Positions 1 to 9,002 of a DNA stretch of 64,000 nt are shown here, piece after piece. A model generated the notes under the pieces. The model was not told the DNA's origin. It was given only the letters and a program-made list of their open reading frames with translations, and did not search any database. The stretch's first letter is position 1; each line of letters opens with the position of its first letter. Position numbers and translations under genes: made by a program. The DNA is from a virus, in the IMG/VR virus record IMGVR_UViG_3300032323_000670, positions 51,977 through 115,976 of that record. One strand, given 5' to 3'.

Positions 1-1
1 T

Positions 2-982
2 GTAGATGATGATTCAGTAGAAAAGATTAATGCACTCCTCAAGGGGGGTGCATTAGTTTCTCTACCTGCTAAATCTAAAGGGTATGTTATACCCGGTTGT
101 AAATATAGTGTTGGTCAATTGAGAGACATTGCTCGTATAAATAACTGGATCATTACTAATGATGCTTCTAAAGCAGATTTCTTTATTGGTCACAGTAATA
201 ATGTAAGTATAGGTAATGCAGATCAGCAAGTTCCTAATGCTCTTATAGCTAGTAATTGTCCTGCACTAAGGTATGATATGCCTGATGATTTTAGTAGAGA
301 GAAGATAAAACTAAAAGGTGGTGTCTTCAATACTATAATGGATACTGAGAACTATATGGTATTTTCTAGAGCATACTACCGGTATTATGATTCTTGGTCT
401 CCGTTGCATAATAATGAATGGACATATAACTTCCTGCACCCAAGAACTGTAGAGATGTTATACCGCATATTATCTATGAAGACACCTGTTATAGATGAGG
501 ACTTGATCTTTAATTCTATAGAGCGTATTACCATAGATGATTCTATATATAGGACTTTGAGCACTATGTTTAACTCTGATATGGAAAATCGTACAGTAGC
601 TGGAGAAATGTTATTCAATTGTAACTATGAGACCTCTATGTATTACATCTATAAGCTTCTTAAAGAAGATTATTATCAGGTAACAAATGCTATGAGCAAT
701 GCTAATGTTAAAATCATGTCTGATAAGTGTGACTTTAACGGTCTTAGATATACTAGTTACCCTGCAGCTATAAAGCTATTCCTAAAGAGGGGTTTGTTAA
801 CAGAGGAAATCTATGACAATCTTATTATGGATACTATTGAAGATCATGTTAAAGAGAATATGCCTGATGATGCAAGAAAGTATGTAAAGCTTACACCTTC
901 CTGGAGCAAAACTTATCAAGAGTTTATGGAGGAAAATAAACCTAAAGAGGAGCCTAAAACTGAGGGTCCATTACCATTTTAA
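2..982 (+). CDS. Hypothetical protein, 5'-truncated by the window edge; paralogue of the next gene, with a BRCT-like N-terminal segment
   Basis: The frame is open from nt 2 (VDDDSVEKINALLKGG...), upstream of the ORF-track start at 119. It shares two blocks with 985..2109 and ends in EGPLPF. Confidence 0.75.
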   Translation, partial: VDDDSVEKINALLKGGALVSLPAKSKGYVIPGCKYSVGQLRDIARINNWIITNDASKADFFIGHSNNVSIGNADQQVPNALIASNCPALRYDMPDDFSREKIKLKGGVFNTIMDTENYMVFSRAYYRYYDSWSPLHNNEWTYNFLHPRTVEMLYRILSMKTPVIDEDLIFNSIERITIDDSIYRTLSTMFNSDMENRTVAGEMLFNCNYETSMYYIYKLLKEDYYQVTNAMSNANVKIMSDKCDFNGLRYTSYPAAIKLFLKRGLLTEEIYDNLIMDTIEDHVKENMPDDARKYVKLTPSWSKTYQEFMEENKPKEEPKTEGPLPF

Positions 983-984
983 TT

Positions 985-2109
985 ATGATACAAGAACAAC
1001 TAACACTTACTGTAAGTAATAATGAGCTAGTACTTATACCTAGCCGTGTACTAGTAGATGATAAGAAGAAATACTTACACTATCGCTGGCATGAGAATGA
1101 ATATATAAAAGTATTCAAACAGGCAACTGCTGATAAGAAACTAGATCTTACTAATGTAAAAACAATATACTTTGCACCTAAGTGCAGTATTCCTAGAGAT
1201 AAGGCTAAGCCTTTCTTGGAGGAAAAGAAGATCAAGACTGTTAGAGATAGAGATACTGCAGATATTATTATTGCAGGTACAGATTCTATAGACGCAGGTC
1301 TAGATACAAAGCACCTTTATTACATAAAAACTTCTGATGTAAAACCGTTTGCAGATGGTTTTAAAATTGGAGGTAATGCGCATAATCTTGTAGAGCGGCT
1401 AGCCACTTATACAGGCAAGCATGTCATTCTAGATAGAAATGTTATTACACCATTTTATATAAATAATCACAATTCTCCTACTAAAAACATGTACGGTAGC
1501 ATCTTACATGGTAGTTCATTTAGAAGTGGAGAGTACTATGGTGACTATATAACAACTGTTATAGATGACTTCTTACTTACTAGTTCAAATCTTAGTAATG
1601 TTTATTCACAAGAAGTATTCAACAATCTTATTGGTGACACAGTTATTGATAGAGATGCCTTTGAATCTTTGAGAACTATGCTAAACAGTATGGATAAGGA
1701 TAATCACTTAGTTGCTATGACCATTATGGCCGGTTGTAACTATGAGAAAAGCTTTGTATACTTGGCATTGTTACTTGAAGAATTTGGTAGAAACGCTATC
1801 TATAATCATAAGTATAGAAACACTGTGGGTTTTAAGTCCCTGACTAACTGGCTTGGTTATAACAAGTACCGTTGGGATAAAGATGCTATCCTAGATGTAT
1901 CTATAGAGAAAGGGTTACTGACCCAAGAACTATTGGATACTGTTAAAGCTAGTGTATTAGATGGGGCTGTTACTTATAGTAACAACTTTGAAGTTGTAGA
2001 TGTTAGATTAACAGCGGATGTGCAAGCTAAGGTAGATAAACTTTTAAATAAACAAAATGATAGACTTCCAAGCGGAGGAGAACTTCTACAAGAAGAAGTT
2101 TCACTTTAG
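985..2109 (+). CDS. Hypothetical protein (BRCT-like N-domain plus helical C-domain), paralogue of the upstream gene
   Basis: 374-aa ORF starting 2 nt after the previous stop. TIYFAPKCSIPRDK...TADIIIAG and IDRDAFESLRTMLNS...CNYEKS blocks align with the upstream ORF. Confidence 0.75.
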   Translation: MIQEQLTLTVSNNELVLIPSRVLVDDKKKYLHYRWHENEYIKVFKQATADKKLDLTNVKTIYFAPKCSIPRDKAKPFLEEKKIKTVRDRDTADIIIAGTDSIDAGLDTKHLYYIKTSDVKPFADGFKIGGNAHNLVERLATYTGKHVILDRNVITPFYINNHNSPTKNMYGSILHGSSFRSGEYYGDYITTVIDDFLLTSSNLSNVYSQEVFNNLIGDTVIDRDAFESLRTMLNSMDKDNHLVAMTIMAGCNYEKSFVYLALLLEEFGRNAIYNHKYRNTVGFKSLTNWLGYNKYRWDKDAILDVSIEKGLLTQELLDTVKASVLDGAVTYSNNFEVVDVRLTADVQAKVDKLLNKQNDRLPSGGELLQEEVSL

Positions 2110-3025
2110 TTATTCCGGGTTCAACAAGTTGTTGTATGCCCCGAGTGCATTTTATAAACACTATATCCTGAATCAAAGAGAGGATAAGATGGAGCAGCAC
2201 CTGATTGAAGGTAGCCTGCTTCACTGTCTTCTCTTAGAGGAGGATAAGTTTCATGATAAGTATGTGGTGTCCCCGGTAAATTTGCCGGGTGACAGCATTA
2301 AGAATGTTGTTGACAAGGTATTCACAAGAGCTTGGGCTAATAACAATCTTGACTTATCTTTGGAGCAGAATGAGTTTGATATCCTTGAGATACTAAAGGA
2401 GATCAATCTGTATCAGAGTCTCAAGACTGATGCACAAAGAGTTGAGAAGGTAGTTACTGACGCAAGTATAAGTTACTATAACTTCTTAACTACAAAGGGT
2501 GACAAGGCTGTTATAGACGAGGACACCCTAAACAAAGTAAAAGGTTATGCTGAGATCGTAAGATCTAATGAGAAGATTACAAACTTACTCAATATAGGCG
2601 GTGCCTTTAGTATGAGTGAGGTGCCATTTGTAATGGACACAAAGTATGCCTTTGGCCTTAGAGGTTTTGTAGATAACGTTAACATTGATCACGGTGCCAA
2701 AGTGATTTATATTAATGATCTCAAGACTAGTGGAAAACTGTTACAAGATTTCCCGGAGACTATAGAATATTATAAGTACTGGTTGCAAGCTGCAGTGTAC
2801 TGTAAATTAGTAAGGGCTAACTATGGCTTAAGTGATTACAAGATTAAGTTTCATTTCATAGTGGTTGACAAGCTCACCCAGTGTTATGCATTTGAAGTTA
2901 GTACTGTAACACTTAATAGCTGGATGGATAGACTAGATGAAGTAATGAAAATTGCAGACTATCATTACACAAATAAAAAATATGACTTACCTTATGAGTA
3001 TGAGGTAGGTAATGTAATCCTGTAA
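2057..3025 (+). CDS. PD-(D/E)xK exonuclease (RecE/exonuclease VIII-like, PDDEXK_1 type)
   Basis: FSYS...GSLLHCLLLE at the N-terminus; E...LRGFVD...INDLKTS...YWLQAAVY nuclease motifs. Confidence 0.85.
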   Translation: MIDFQAEENFYKKKFHFSYSGFNKLLYAPSAFYKHYILNQREDKMEQHLIEGSLLHCLLLEEDKFHDKYVVSPVNLPGDSIKNVVDKVFTRAWANNNLDLSLEQNEFDILEILKEINLYQSLKTDAQRVEKVVTDASISYYNFLTTKGDKAVIDEDTLNKVKGYAEIVRSNEKITNLLNIGGAFSMSEVPFVMDTKYAFGLRGFVDNVNIDHGAKVIYINDLKTSGKLLQDFPETIEYYKYWLQAAVYCKLVRANYGLSDYKIKFHFIVVDKLTQCYAFEVSTVTLNSWMDRLDEVMKIADYHYTNKKYDLPYEYEVGNVIL

Positions 3026-3030
3026 ATTGT

Positions 3031-3591
3031 ATGATCAAATCCTTGTATACAACGTATACCCAGAAATCTAGAATGTTTTTATATCCATTTCTAGGGATTA
3101 AGCGTGGCATAAGTGTTACGCCATTAGAAAGCTATGTTTCTTGGACAGGCATGTCAGAGCCTGAGGATAAGAATCTAATCTGTGTTTATACGCTCAGAGA
3201 TGATGAAGAGTTTAAGTTATTTGAAAGAACAAAGCTTTTAGGTAATTCTAAGTTCTCATCATTTTATGAGCTTCCTGATAACAAAGGTGCGTATATATTC
3301 ACCTTTGAAGATGAGCCTAAGTTATGGAGCTCATTTATGCGGGGTAAGTATACCGAAATGCCAAAAGACAAGAAGGATTTAATCCTTAAGTTTTTTGAAG
3401 GTAATACTCAAAACCATTCTCTTATAGATAGCTATCTGAATCCAGATAGGTATTATCAGTTTTATGCTGATGAGCTTGGTGTTCCTGTAGAAGTATTGAA
3501 GGAAGTTGGTCAACTGTGTGAAGCTCCTAACATGGAAAAAGAAAAGTTAACCAGTGATATAAAGCAGATTCAGTTTTTAGACTATATTTGA
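3031..3591 (+). CDS. Hypothetical phage protein
   Basis: 186-aa ORF tightly packed in the operon. Confidence 0.75.
   Translation: MIKSLYTTYTQKSRMFLYPFLGIKRGISVTPLESYVSWTGMSEPEDKNLICVYTLRDDEEFKLFERTKLLGNSKFSSFYELPDNKGAYIFTFEDEPKLWSSFMRGKYTEMPKDKKDLILKFFEGNTQNHSLIDSYLNPDRYYQFYADELGVPVEVLKEVGQLCEAPNMEKEKLTSDIKQIQFLDYI
3583..3590 (+). promoter_or_regulatory. Possible Bacteroidota sigma70 -7 element (TAnnTTTG)
   Basis: TATATTTG about 25 nt upstream of ATG 3615; no clear -33 element. Confidence 0.3.
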
Positions 3592-3614
3592 CACTCTTAA
3601 AAAAATCAACAATT

Positions 3615-4028
3615 ATGAGCAACATGATGCTAATCACCTCTACTTGGAAAGAGGGTAAAACTTTCAAGATGATTCCTACAGATGCGGATTGCCCGTATGT
3701 AGAATGTATTTATGATCCACAAATCAAAGTCCTAGCAGTCATCGGTGCTATTACTAAGGATATCTTTCACATGATGCCTAAGCTTGATGCTAATGGTGAT
3801 CCTGAAACACGTAAGTCTCCAGCACGAGATGGTTCTCCATTCAAACAAGAGCGTAGAACTATTGAAACATTCCAAGAATACTATTTGGAAGAGCGTAGTG
3901 AGATTGAAGGTTTCATTAATCACTTTGCACACAACGCATCTACATATGACTACAAGACATATTTAGATATGGAGGCAACACCTGTAAGTGATATCCCTAA
4001 TTTTCCTACATTAAGCGTAACAGAATAA
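3615..4028 (+). CDS. Hypothetical phage protein
   Basis: In-frame ATG at 3615 after an A-rich leader (AAAAATCAACAATT) is more likely than the TTG at 3588. Confidence 0.75.
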   Translation: MSNMMLITSTWKEGKTFKMIPTDADCPYVECIYDPQIKVLAVIGAITKDIFHMMPKLDANGDPETRKSPARDGSPFKQERRTIETFQEYYLEERSEIEGFINHFAHNASTYDYKTYLDMEATPVSDIPNFPTLSVTE

Positions 4029-4029
4029 T

Positions 4030-6021
4030 ATGAAGCGATGGGTCATGGACTATGAGACCCTGATAAATTGCTTTGTAGCTGTATTTACTGAGTATAAAAC
4101 TAATGACACTAAGATCTTTGTAGTTCATGAACTGAAGAATCAGTATGATGAACTACTTAGTTTCTTAAATGATAATAAGTTAAACGAGGAGTATCATATC
4201 TCCTATAATGGTTTAAACTTTGACTCACAGATCACAGAGTTTTTACTCAGAGATGGAGAAGAACTTAGTGGCTTAGATCCTGAGACTATAGCGCACAGTA
4301 TTTATCTTAGGGCTCAACGTACTATTGAATTATCTAATGCTGGTGAGTTTCCAGAGTTTCCTGAAAGAGCTCTGCAGATTCCACAGTTAGATATATTCAG
4401 GTTGAATCACTGGGATAATCCTGCTAAGCGTTCTAGTCTTAAGTGGATTGAATTCTCTATGGACTGGAGTAATGTACGTGATATGCCTATACATCATAGC
4501 ACGTATGTCCAAACTGTACAAGAGATTGATACTATTGTTAAGTATTGTGTGAATGACGTAGCTGCTACTAAACAGATCATGAATCTAAGTAAGGAGCAGA
4601 TTATGTTGAGGAAAGCACTTAGCGAGGAGTATAAAATCAATTTACTCAGTGCTTCTGAACCAAGAATATCTAAGGAACTATTCCTTTATTTCTTAAGTAA
4701 GAAGACCGGTATAAGTAAGTATGATCTCAAACAAATGAGAACGATCCGTGAACAGATTACTGTTGGAGATATCATACTACCATACGTTAAGTTTAAACGC
4801 AAAGAGTTTATAGGGATTCATGAGAAGTTTAAATCTCTAGTTATTGATACCCAAAACACAAAGGGTGGGTTTAAATATTCTATTACTCACAAAGGTGTAA
4901 AGACTGACTTCGGTCTAGGTGGTTTGCATGGTGCTGCCAAATCTGGTGTATATGAAGCTAAGGATGGTATGATAATAATGACGTCTGACGTTACTAGTTA
5001 TTATCCTAATCTAGCTATTAGAAACCAGTGGTCACCTGCGCACATACCTAAAGAAGATTTCTGTGAACAGTATGAGTGGTTCTTTGATGAGAGAAAGAAG
5101 ATACCTAAGAAGGATCCAAAGAACTATGTATACAAGATTATTCTTAACAGTACTTATGGTTTAAGTAATGATGAGAATAGTTTTCTGTATGATCCAGAGT
5201 TTACTATGCGTATTACAATCAATGGTCAGCTCAGCTTAGCAATGCTATATGAGATGCTCTCTGATGCAATACCTGGTAGCATTCCAGTCATGCAGAACAC
5301 AGACGGTCTTGAGATGATGATTCCAGCATACATGAAAGATGTGTATATGGATGTGTGTAAGAAGTGGGAAGAAATGACCCAGCTACAACTTGAGCATGAC
5401 GAGTATAGTAAGATCATACTTGCGGACGTTAACAACTACATTGCTGTATTCAAAGAGAAAGAATTGAGTAAAGAAGATTGGGATGCAGCACAGAAGAAGA
5501 CTCCGCATTATGTTTATTATCAAGAGGGCGGTAAGTTCTTTATGAAAGCTACTAAGTGTAAAGGTAGATTTGAGTTTGCGGACTTAGCTTTACATAAGAA
5601 CAAATCCGCTCTTGTTGTGCCTAAGGCTATCTATAACTATTTTGTAAAGGATGTGGTTCCTGATAAATTTATTCAGCAGAACCGTAACATCTTTGATTAT
5701 TGTAAAGGTGTTAAGAAGAAAGGAGATTGGTTCTTTCTTGAGACCTGTTTTTCTAAAGGTCAGCGGATTAACAAAGAGCTCCAAGGTGTAGTGCGTTACT
5801 ATATCTCTAATAAAGGATGTAAGATCATCAAGGTGAATTCTGCAGATGGAAGAGAGATACAAGTAGAAGCAGGCAAGTGGATGCAGACTGAGTTTAATCT
5901 GTATGAAAACAAGCTATGGCCAGACTATGATATCAATGAAGACTATTACCTGGAACAGGTGTATAAGGAGATTGAGAACATATCTAAGACCAAGCAAACA
6001 GCTCAACTAACATTATTTTAA
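4030..6021 (+). CDS. polB: DNA polymerase family B with N-terminal 3'-5' exonuclease
   Basis: ExoI DYET and ExoII YNGLNFD; ExoIII YCVND; polymerase motifs DVTSYYPN, KIILNSTYG and NTDG; C-terminal QLTLF. Confidence 0.93.
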   Translation: MKRWVMDYETLINCFVAVFTEYKTNDTKIFVVHELKNQYDELLSFLNDNKLNEEYHISYNGLNFDSQITEFLLRDGEELSGLDPETIAHSIYLRAQRTIELSNAGEFPEFPERALQIPQLDIFRLNHWDNPAKRSSLKWIEFSMDWSNVRDMPIHHSTYVQTVQEIDTIVKYCVNDVAATKQIMNLSKEQIMLRKALSEEYKINLLSASEPRISKELFLYFLSKKTGISKYDLKQMRTIREQITVGDIILPYVKFKRKEFIGIHEKFKSLVIDTQNTKGGFKYSITHKGVKTDFGLGGLHGAAKSGVYEAKDGMIIMTSDVTSYYPNLAIRNQWSPAHIPKEDFCEQYEWFFDERKKIPKKDPKNYVYKIILNSTYGLSNDENSFLYDPEFTMRITINGQLSLAMLYEMLSDAIPGSIPVMQNTDGLEMMIPAYMKDVYMDVCKKWEEMTQLQLEHDEYSKIILADVNNYIAVFKEKELSKEDWDAAQKKTPHYVYYQEGGKFFMKATKCKGRFEFADLALHKNKSALVVPKAIYNYFVKDVVPDKFIQQNRNIFDYCKGVKKKGDWFFLETCFSKGQRINKELQGVVRYYISNKGCKIIKVNSADGREIQVEAGKWMQTEFNLYENKLWPDYDINEDYYLEQVYKEIENISKTKQTAQLTLF

Positions 6022-6022
6022 A

Positions 6023-7069
6023 ATGAGTAAAAGAATTCCAACTGGTATTACCAGAGAGTACTTAGAAAGTGTAGCGCTCCCCACTCACGGGGGGCGTTAT
6101 ACTCCTATTAGCCACAAGTCTATTATAGATAAAGTTCATGAAGAACTTGTTACTCGTGGCTTTAATGTAGAATCAGAATTATACCGTGCAAGTCTTGGCG
6201 GTAATGTTGCAAATGGAATCTATATCCTAGACCAGGGTACTGATCCAGACATGAAGATGATGTTTGTATGGGGTAACTCATATGACAAGTCTATGAGATT
6301 TAAGTGCGGTGTTGGTGTGTATATACCAAAAACTGGTAACTATATCTTTGCTGGTGATCTATCTAGTTATTCTAGAAAGCATACAGGTAAGGCAGATGAA
6401 GAAGCTATTGCTATGATTCAAACACAATTGAACATGGCTAATGCTCACTATGCTGATTTACTTGCATCAAGAGATATGCTTATTAATCAAACCGCTAGCT
6501 TGCATACATATTCACACTTAGTAGGTGAGATGTTTATTGAGAAGCAGTGTCTTAACAAAGAACAAGCATCTTCTGTAAGAGATAGTCTTATCAATGAGGT
6601 TGTTCTATTTGATGACATGACCCATAGCAATGCATGGAACTTCTACAACTGTGTAGCTAGTGTATTAAGGTTATCGCATCCTAAGAACTGGTTTGAGGAC
6701 CAATCAGAATGTCATAAAGTTATTAACAAATACTTTGCGTTAACTACTTTAACACAAATGGATTGTCCTATGGATACCCCTATGGAGTATGGAATTGTAC
6801 AAGATTCTGTACAGGAGGAAGTACAAGAACCTACTAACCAACTTAACATCTTTGATGTAATGGAAGAATCTCCAGTAGAATCATACCATGAAGTAGGTGG
6901 AGAGCTTGTACCTACATCAATTAATGATTTACCTGTAGAAGTTCAAGAGCAGATGTATGCTGATGACATCTTACAGGAAAAAACTTTAAGTGGTGAGGTG
7001 AATCCTGATGAAGAATTCTTTAACTTTGGTGGTGCGGAATTGCCCGTATTTGATTTACCAGACTTATGA
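6023..7069 (+). CDS. DUF932/DUF945-like protein with acidic C-terminal tail
   Basis: YTPISH, NSYDKSM, RKHTG and AWNFYN motifs typical of the family; acidic tail. Confidence 0.6.
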   Translation: MSKRIPTGITREYLESVALPTHGGRYTPISHKSIIDKVHEELVTRGFNVESELYRASLGGNVANGIYILDQGTDPDMKMMFVWGNSYDKSMRFKCGVGVYIPKTGNYIFAGDLSSYSRKHTGKADEEAIAMIQTQLNMANAHYADLLASRDMLINQTASLHTYSHLVGEMFIEKQCLNKEQASSVRDSLINEVVLFDDMTHSNAWNFYNCVASVLRLSHPKNWFEDQSECHKVINKYFALTTLTQMDCPMDTPMEYGIVQDSVQEEVQEPTNQLNIFDVMEESPVESYHEVGGELVPTSINDLPVEVQEQMYADDILQEKTLSGEVNPDEEFFNFGGAELPVFDLPDL

Positions 7070-7569
7070 CAAGAGAAGATTTTAGCAGAAGAGTAGAGAA
7101 GCGGATTGACCTAATCCGCCAGACTCTACTAACTAAGCATAAAGAATATGCTGCAGATGATAATGTATTCAGAAACTTTGATGAAGCTGCGGGGGGATTA
7201 TCCCTCCACAGCACATCAGCTGAAGTTCTCTGGAGTTACATGACCAAGCATTTAGTTTCTATAAAAGATATAGTATCTGACGATACACCTGTTACAAATG
7301 AGGTAGTGTCTGAGAAGATTGGAGATGTAATTAACTATCTTATCTTACTAGAAGCTATGTTAAATGAGAAAGGTGAAAGACACTGTAAGCTTAAAGAAGC
7401 ATACTCCAAGCATAAGCTCTATAATAAATCTGCGGATAGATTGTCTATGTGGACTAGTGACTATACTAAGAACACGGACATGCTAGGCTTAGTCAATATG
7501 ACTAAGAATGGTAGTGATAAGGACATAGACAAAATCAATTATAATACTAACGGAGATAAAGGATACTAA
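7066..7569 (+). CDS. Nucleotide-modification-associated domain 1 (Nmad1/DUF1599)-like helical protein
   Basis: K..EYA...NVFRNF...KH...EKIGDVINYLILL pattern. Confidence 0.55.
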   Translation: MTREDFSRRVEKRIDLIRQTLLTKHKEYAADDNVFRNFDEAAGGLSLHSTSAEVLWSYMTKHLVSIKDIVSDDTPVTNEVVSEKIGDVINYLILLEAMLNEKGERHCKLKEAYSKHKLYNKSADRLSMWTSDYTKNTDMLGLVNMTKNGSDKDIDKINYNTNGDKGY

Positions 7570-7952
7570 TGAAGAAGTATATTAATATGGTAGCGGAATT
7601 CCATACCGCGTTTAACATGCCAGACCCACAAGATTACAAACAACTAGGTAAGCAACAATATGAGTTACGTCACAGACTTGCAGAAGAAGAGAATAACGAG
7701 TACCTTCAAGCTTGTAACTCTGATGATTTGGTGGGTATTGCAGATGCTCTTGGTGACCAGCTTTATATCATTTACGGGACTATTCTTAAGCATGGCTTAC
7801 AAGACCGGATTGAAGAAGTATTTGAAGAGATCCACAGATCCAACATGAGTAAGCTAGATGAAAATGGAAAACCCATCCTACGAGAAGATGGGAAGATCCT
7901 TAAGGGTAAGAATTACTTTAAGCCTAATATCCTAAAGATACTAGACGTTTAA
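7569..7952 (+). CDS. MazG-like/PRA-PH-family nucleoside triphosphate pyrophosphohydrolase
   Basis: VAEFH..F, EEENNEY, IADALGDQLY, EIHRSNMSKL, REDGKILKG motifs. Confidence 0.88.
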   Translation: MKKYINMVAEFHTAFNMPDPQDYKQLGKQQYELRHRLAEEENNEYLQACNSDDLVGIADALGDQLYIIYGTILKHGLQDRIEEVFEEIHRSNMSKLDENGKPILREDGKILKGKNYFKPNILKILDV

Positions 7953-8086
7953 CCCTGACCTTTGTAACTTTTCTTGTATAACTTACTAGTTTTCAATCTA
8001 CTAGTTTTGGTTTTAGAATGTACTCCAGGGCGACTAACCTTAGTTCCCTTGGGTGCATTGCTACTTGCTGTTGCTAATTTAGCCAT
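7949..8086 (-). CDS. 45-aa basic microprotein (MAKLATASSNAPKGTKVSRPGVHSKTKTSRLKTSKLYKKSYKGQG)
   Basis: Manually translated, below the ORF-track cutoff. TAATG coupling at 8086; the stop overlaps that of the convergent + strand gene. Confidence 0.7.
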   Translation of the reverse strand: MAKLATASSNAPKGTKVSRPGVHSKTKTSRLKTSKLYKKSYKGQG

Positions 8087-8202
8087 TACTTTTTCTTTTT
8101 GGTTTGTTTTGTGTTTCCTCCTAGTTTAAATGGTACTAGGTTTTGAGGTTTGTTCTTTAACGCTCCCCAGTTACCAGCTGCTTTGTTAGGATTCTTTTTC
8201 AT
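8086..8202 (-). CDS. 38-aa Lys-rich microprotein (MKKNPNKAAGNWGALKNKPQ...KPKKKK)
   Basis: Manually translated; ATGA overlap with the upstream gene and TAATG overlap with the downstream gene. Confidence 0.6.
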   Translation of the reverse strand: MKKNPNKAAGNWGALKNKPQNLVPFKLGGNTKQTKKKK

Positions 8203-8348
8203 GATCCACAGTATAAACAGTCATCATCAGCATCCTCACTTTCTCCAGCCAGTATTCTTTTAATCTCCTCATCTATCTGCTCCTCATTCCAGTTAGGATG
8301 GAAGGCTTTTACCTGAGCTCTTAAAAATTGAGATTGATTGTCACTCAT
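8199..8348 (-). CDS. 49-aa acidic microprotein ending DDDCLYCGS (RNR alpha C-terminal-tail-like)
   Basis: ATG at 8348 lies 1 nt after the previous stop; C-terminal CxxCGS. Confidence 0.7.
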   Translation of the reverse strand: MSDNQSQFLRAQVKAFHPNWNEEQIDEEIKRILAGESEDADDDCLYCGS

Positions 8349-8349
8349 C

Positions 8350-8535
8350 TTAGCACATCCCTTTAGATCCACCACGCATAAGCTTCTGAAATTCATTCTT
8401 AGCTACAATATTATCTAAGGTAGAATTCTTATTAGCTCCACCCATTGAAAGCTTCATGCTAGATTTCTTTGAGTTAACTTTCTTACCCATCATATCCACC
8501 ATGCTCATTCCTTTTTTCTCAAGTTTGTTTTTCAT
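8350..8535 (-). CDS. 61-aa basic, Met/Lys-rich microprotein with GG motifs
   Basis: ATG at 8535 just after the upstream stop; LSMGG and LMRGG motifs. Confidence 0.6.
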   Translation of the reverse strand: MKNKLEKKGMSMVDMMGKKVNSKKSSMKLSMGGANKNSTLDNIVAKNEFQKLMRGGSKGMC

Positions 8536-8537
8536 AA

Positions 8538-9002
8538 TCAGTTTGTTACTATAAGTATACTTAATAAAAATACGGAGATTCCTCCAAATATCCAATTGTT
8601 TCTTCTAGAAGTCTGTAGTTTATTCTGTGTTATCTCTATTGAGTCTCTTGCTCCTACCAAGTCTGATTGTAGAATAAAGTTTCTATCAAGGCACTCTGTT
8701 GTTCTCTCGTTTGCTGCATCCAGGTATCCAGCCATCTTTTTGATTTCAAACTCCTTATCAAGAAGGCGGAGTTCTTGGGTCTTAATGATCTTGTCTTTAC
8801 CTGCAATACTTTTCTGCAAGTAGTCATAGTCCACAATAGATTTAAGCAAGAGCTCCTCTTGTTTATCTGTGAAGAAGATACCTTTGGTGTCATTATACTT
8901 AATTCTTTGGGGAGTAAGCTGCCCATATGCGGTCACGCTGCTCATCAGTTGCGTTAGGGATAATAGCAATAACAATATCCCGATTACCTTTGTCTTTGTC
9001 AT
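8538..9002 (-). CDS. Secreted coiled-coil protein with C-terminal TM segment; putative spanin component
   Basis: Signal peptide ending AYG|Q, coiled coil, C-terminal WIFGGISVFLLSILIV; overlaps the upstream gene by 104 nt. Confidence 0.55.
   Translation of the reverse strand: MTKTKVIGILLLLLSLTQLMSSVTAYGQLTPQRIKYNDTKGIFFTDKQEELLLKSIVDYDYLQKSIAGKDKIIKTQELRLLDKEFEIKKMAGYLDAANERTTECLDRNFILQSDLVGARDSIEITQNKLQTSRRNNWIFGGISVFLLSILIVTN

Noticed and set aside
2057-3025. Cas4/CRISPR interpretation of the PD-(D/E)xK nuclease
   Set aside because: It lacks the four-Cys Fe-S cluster, and no repeat-spacer array was seen in the window.
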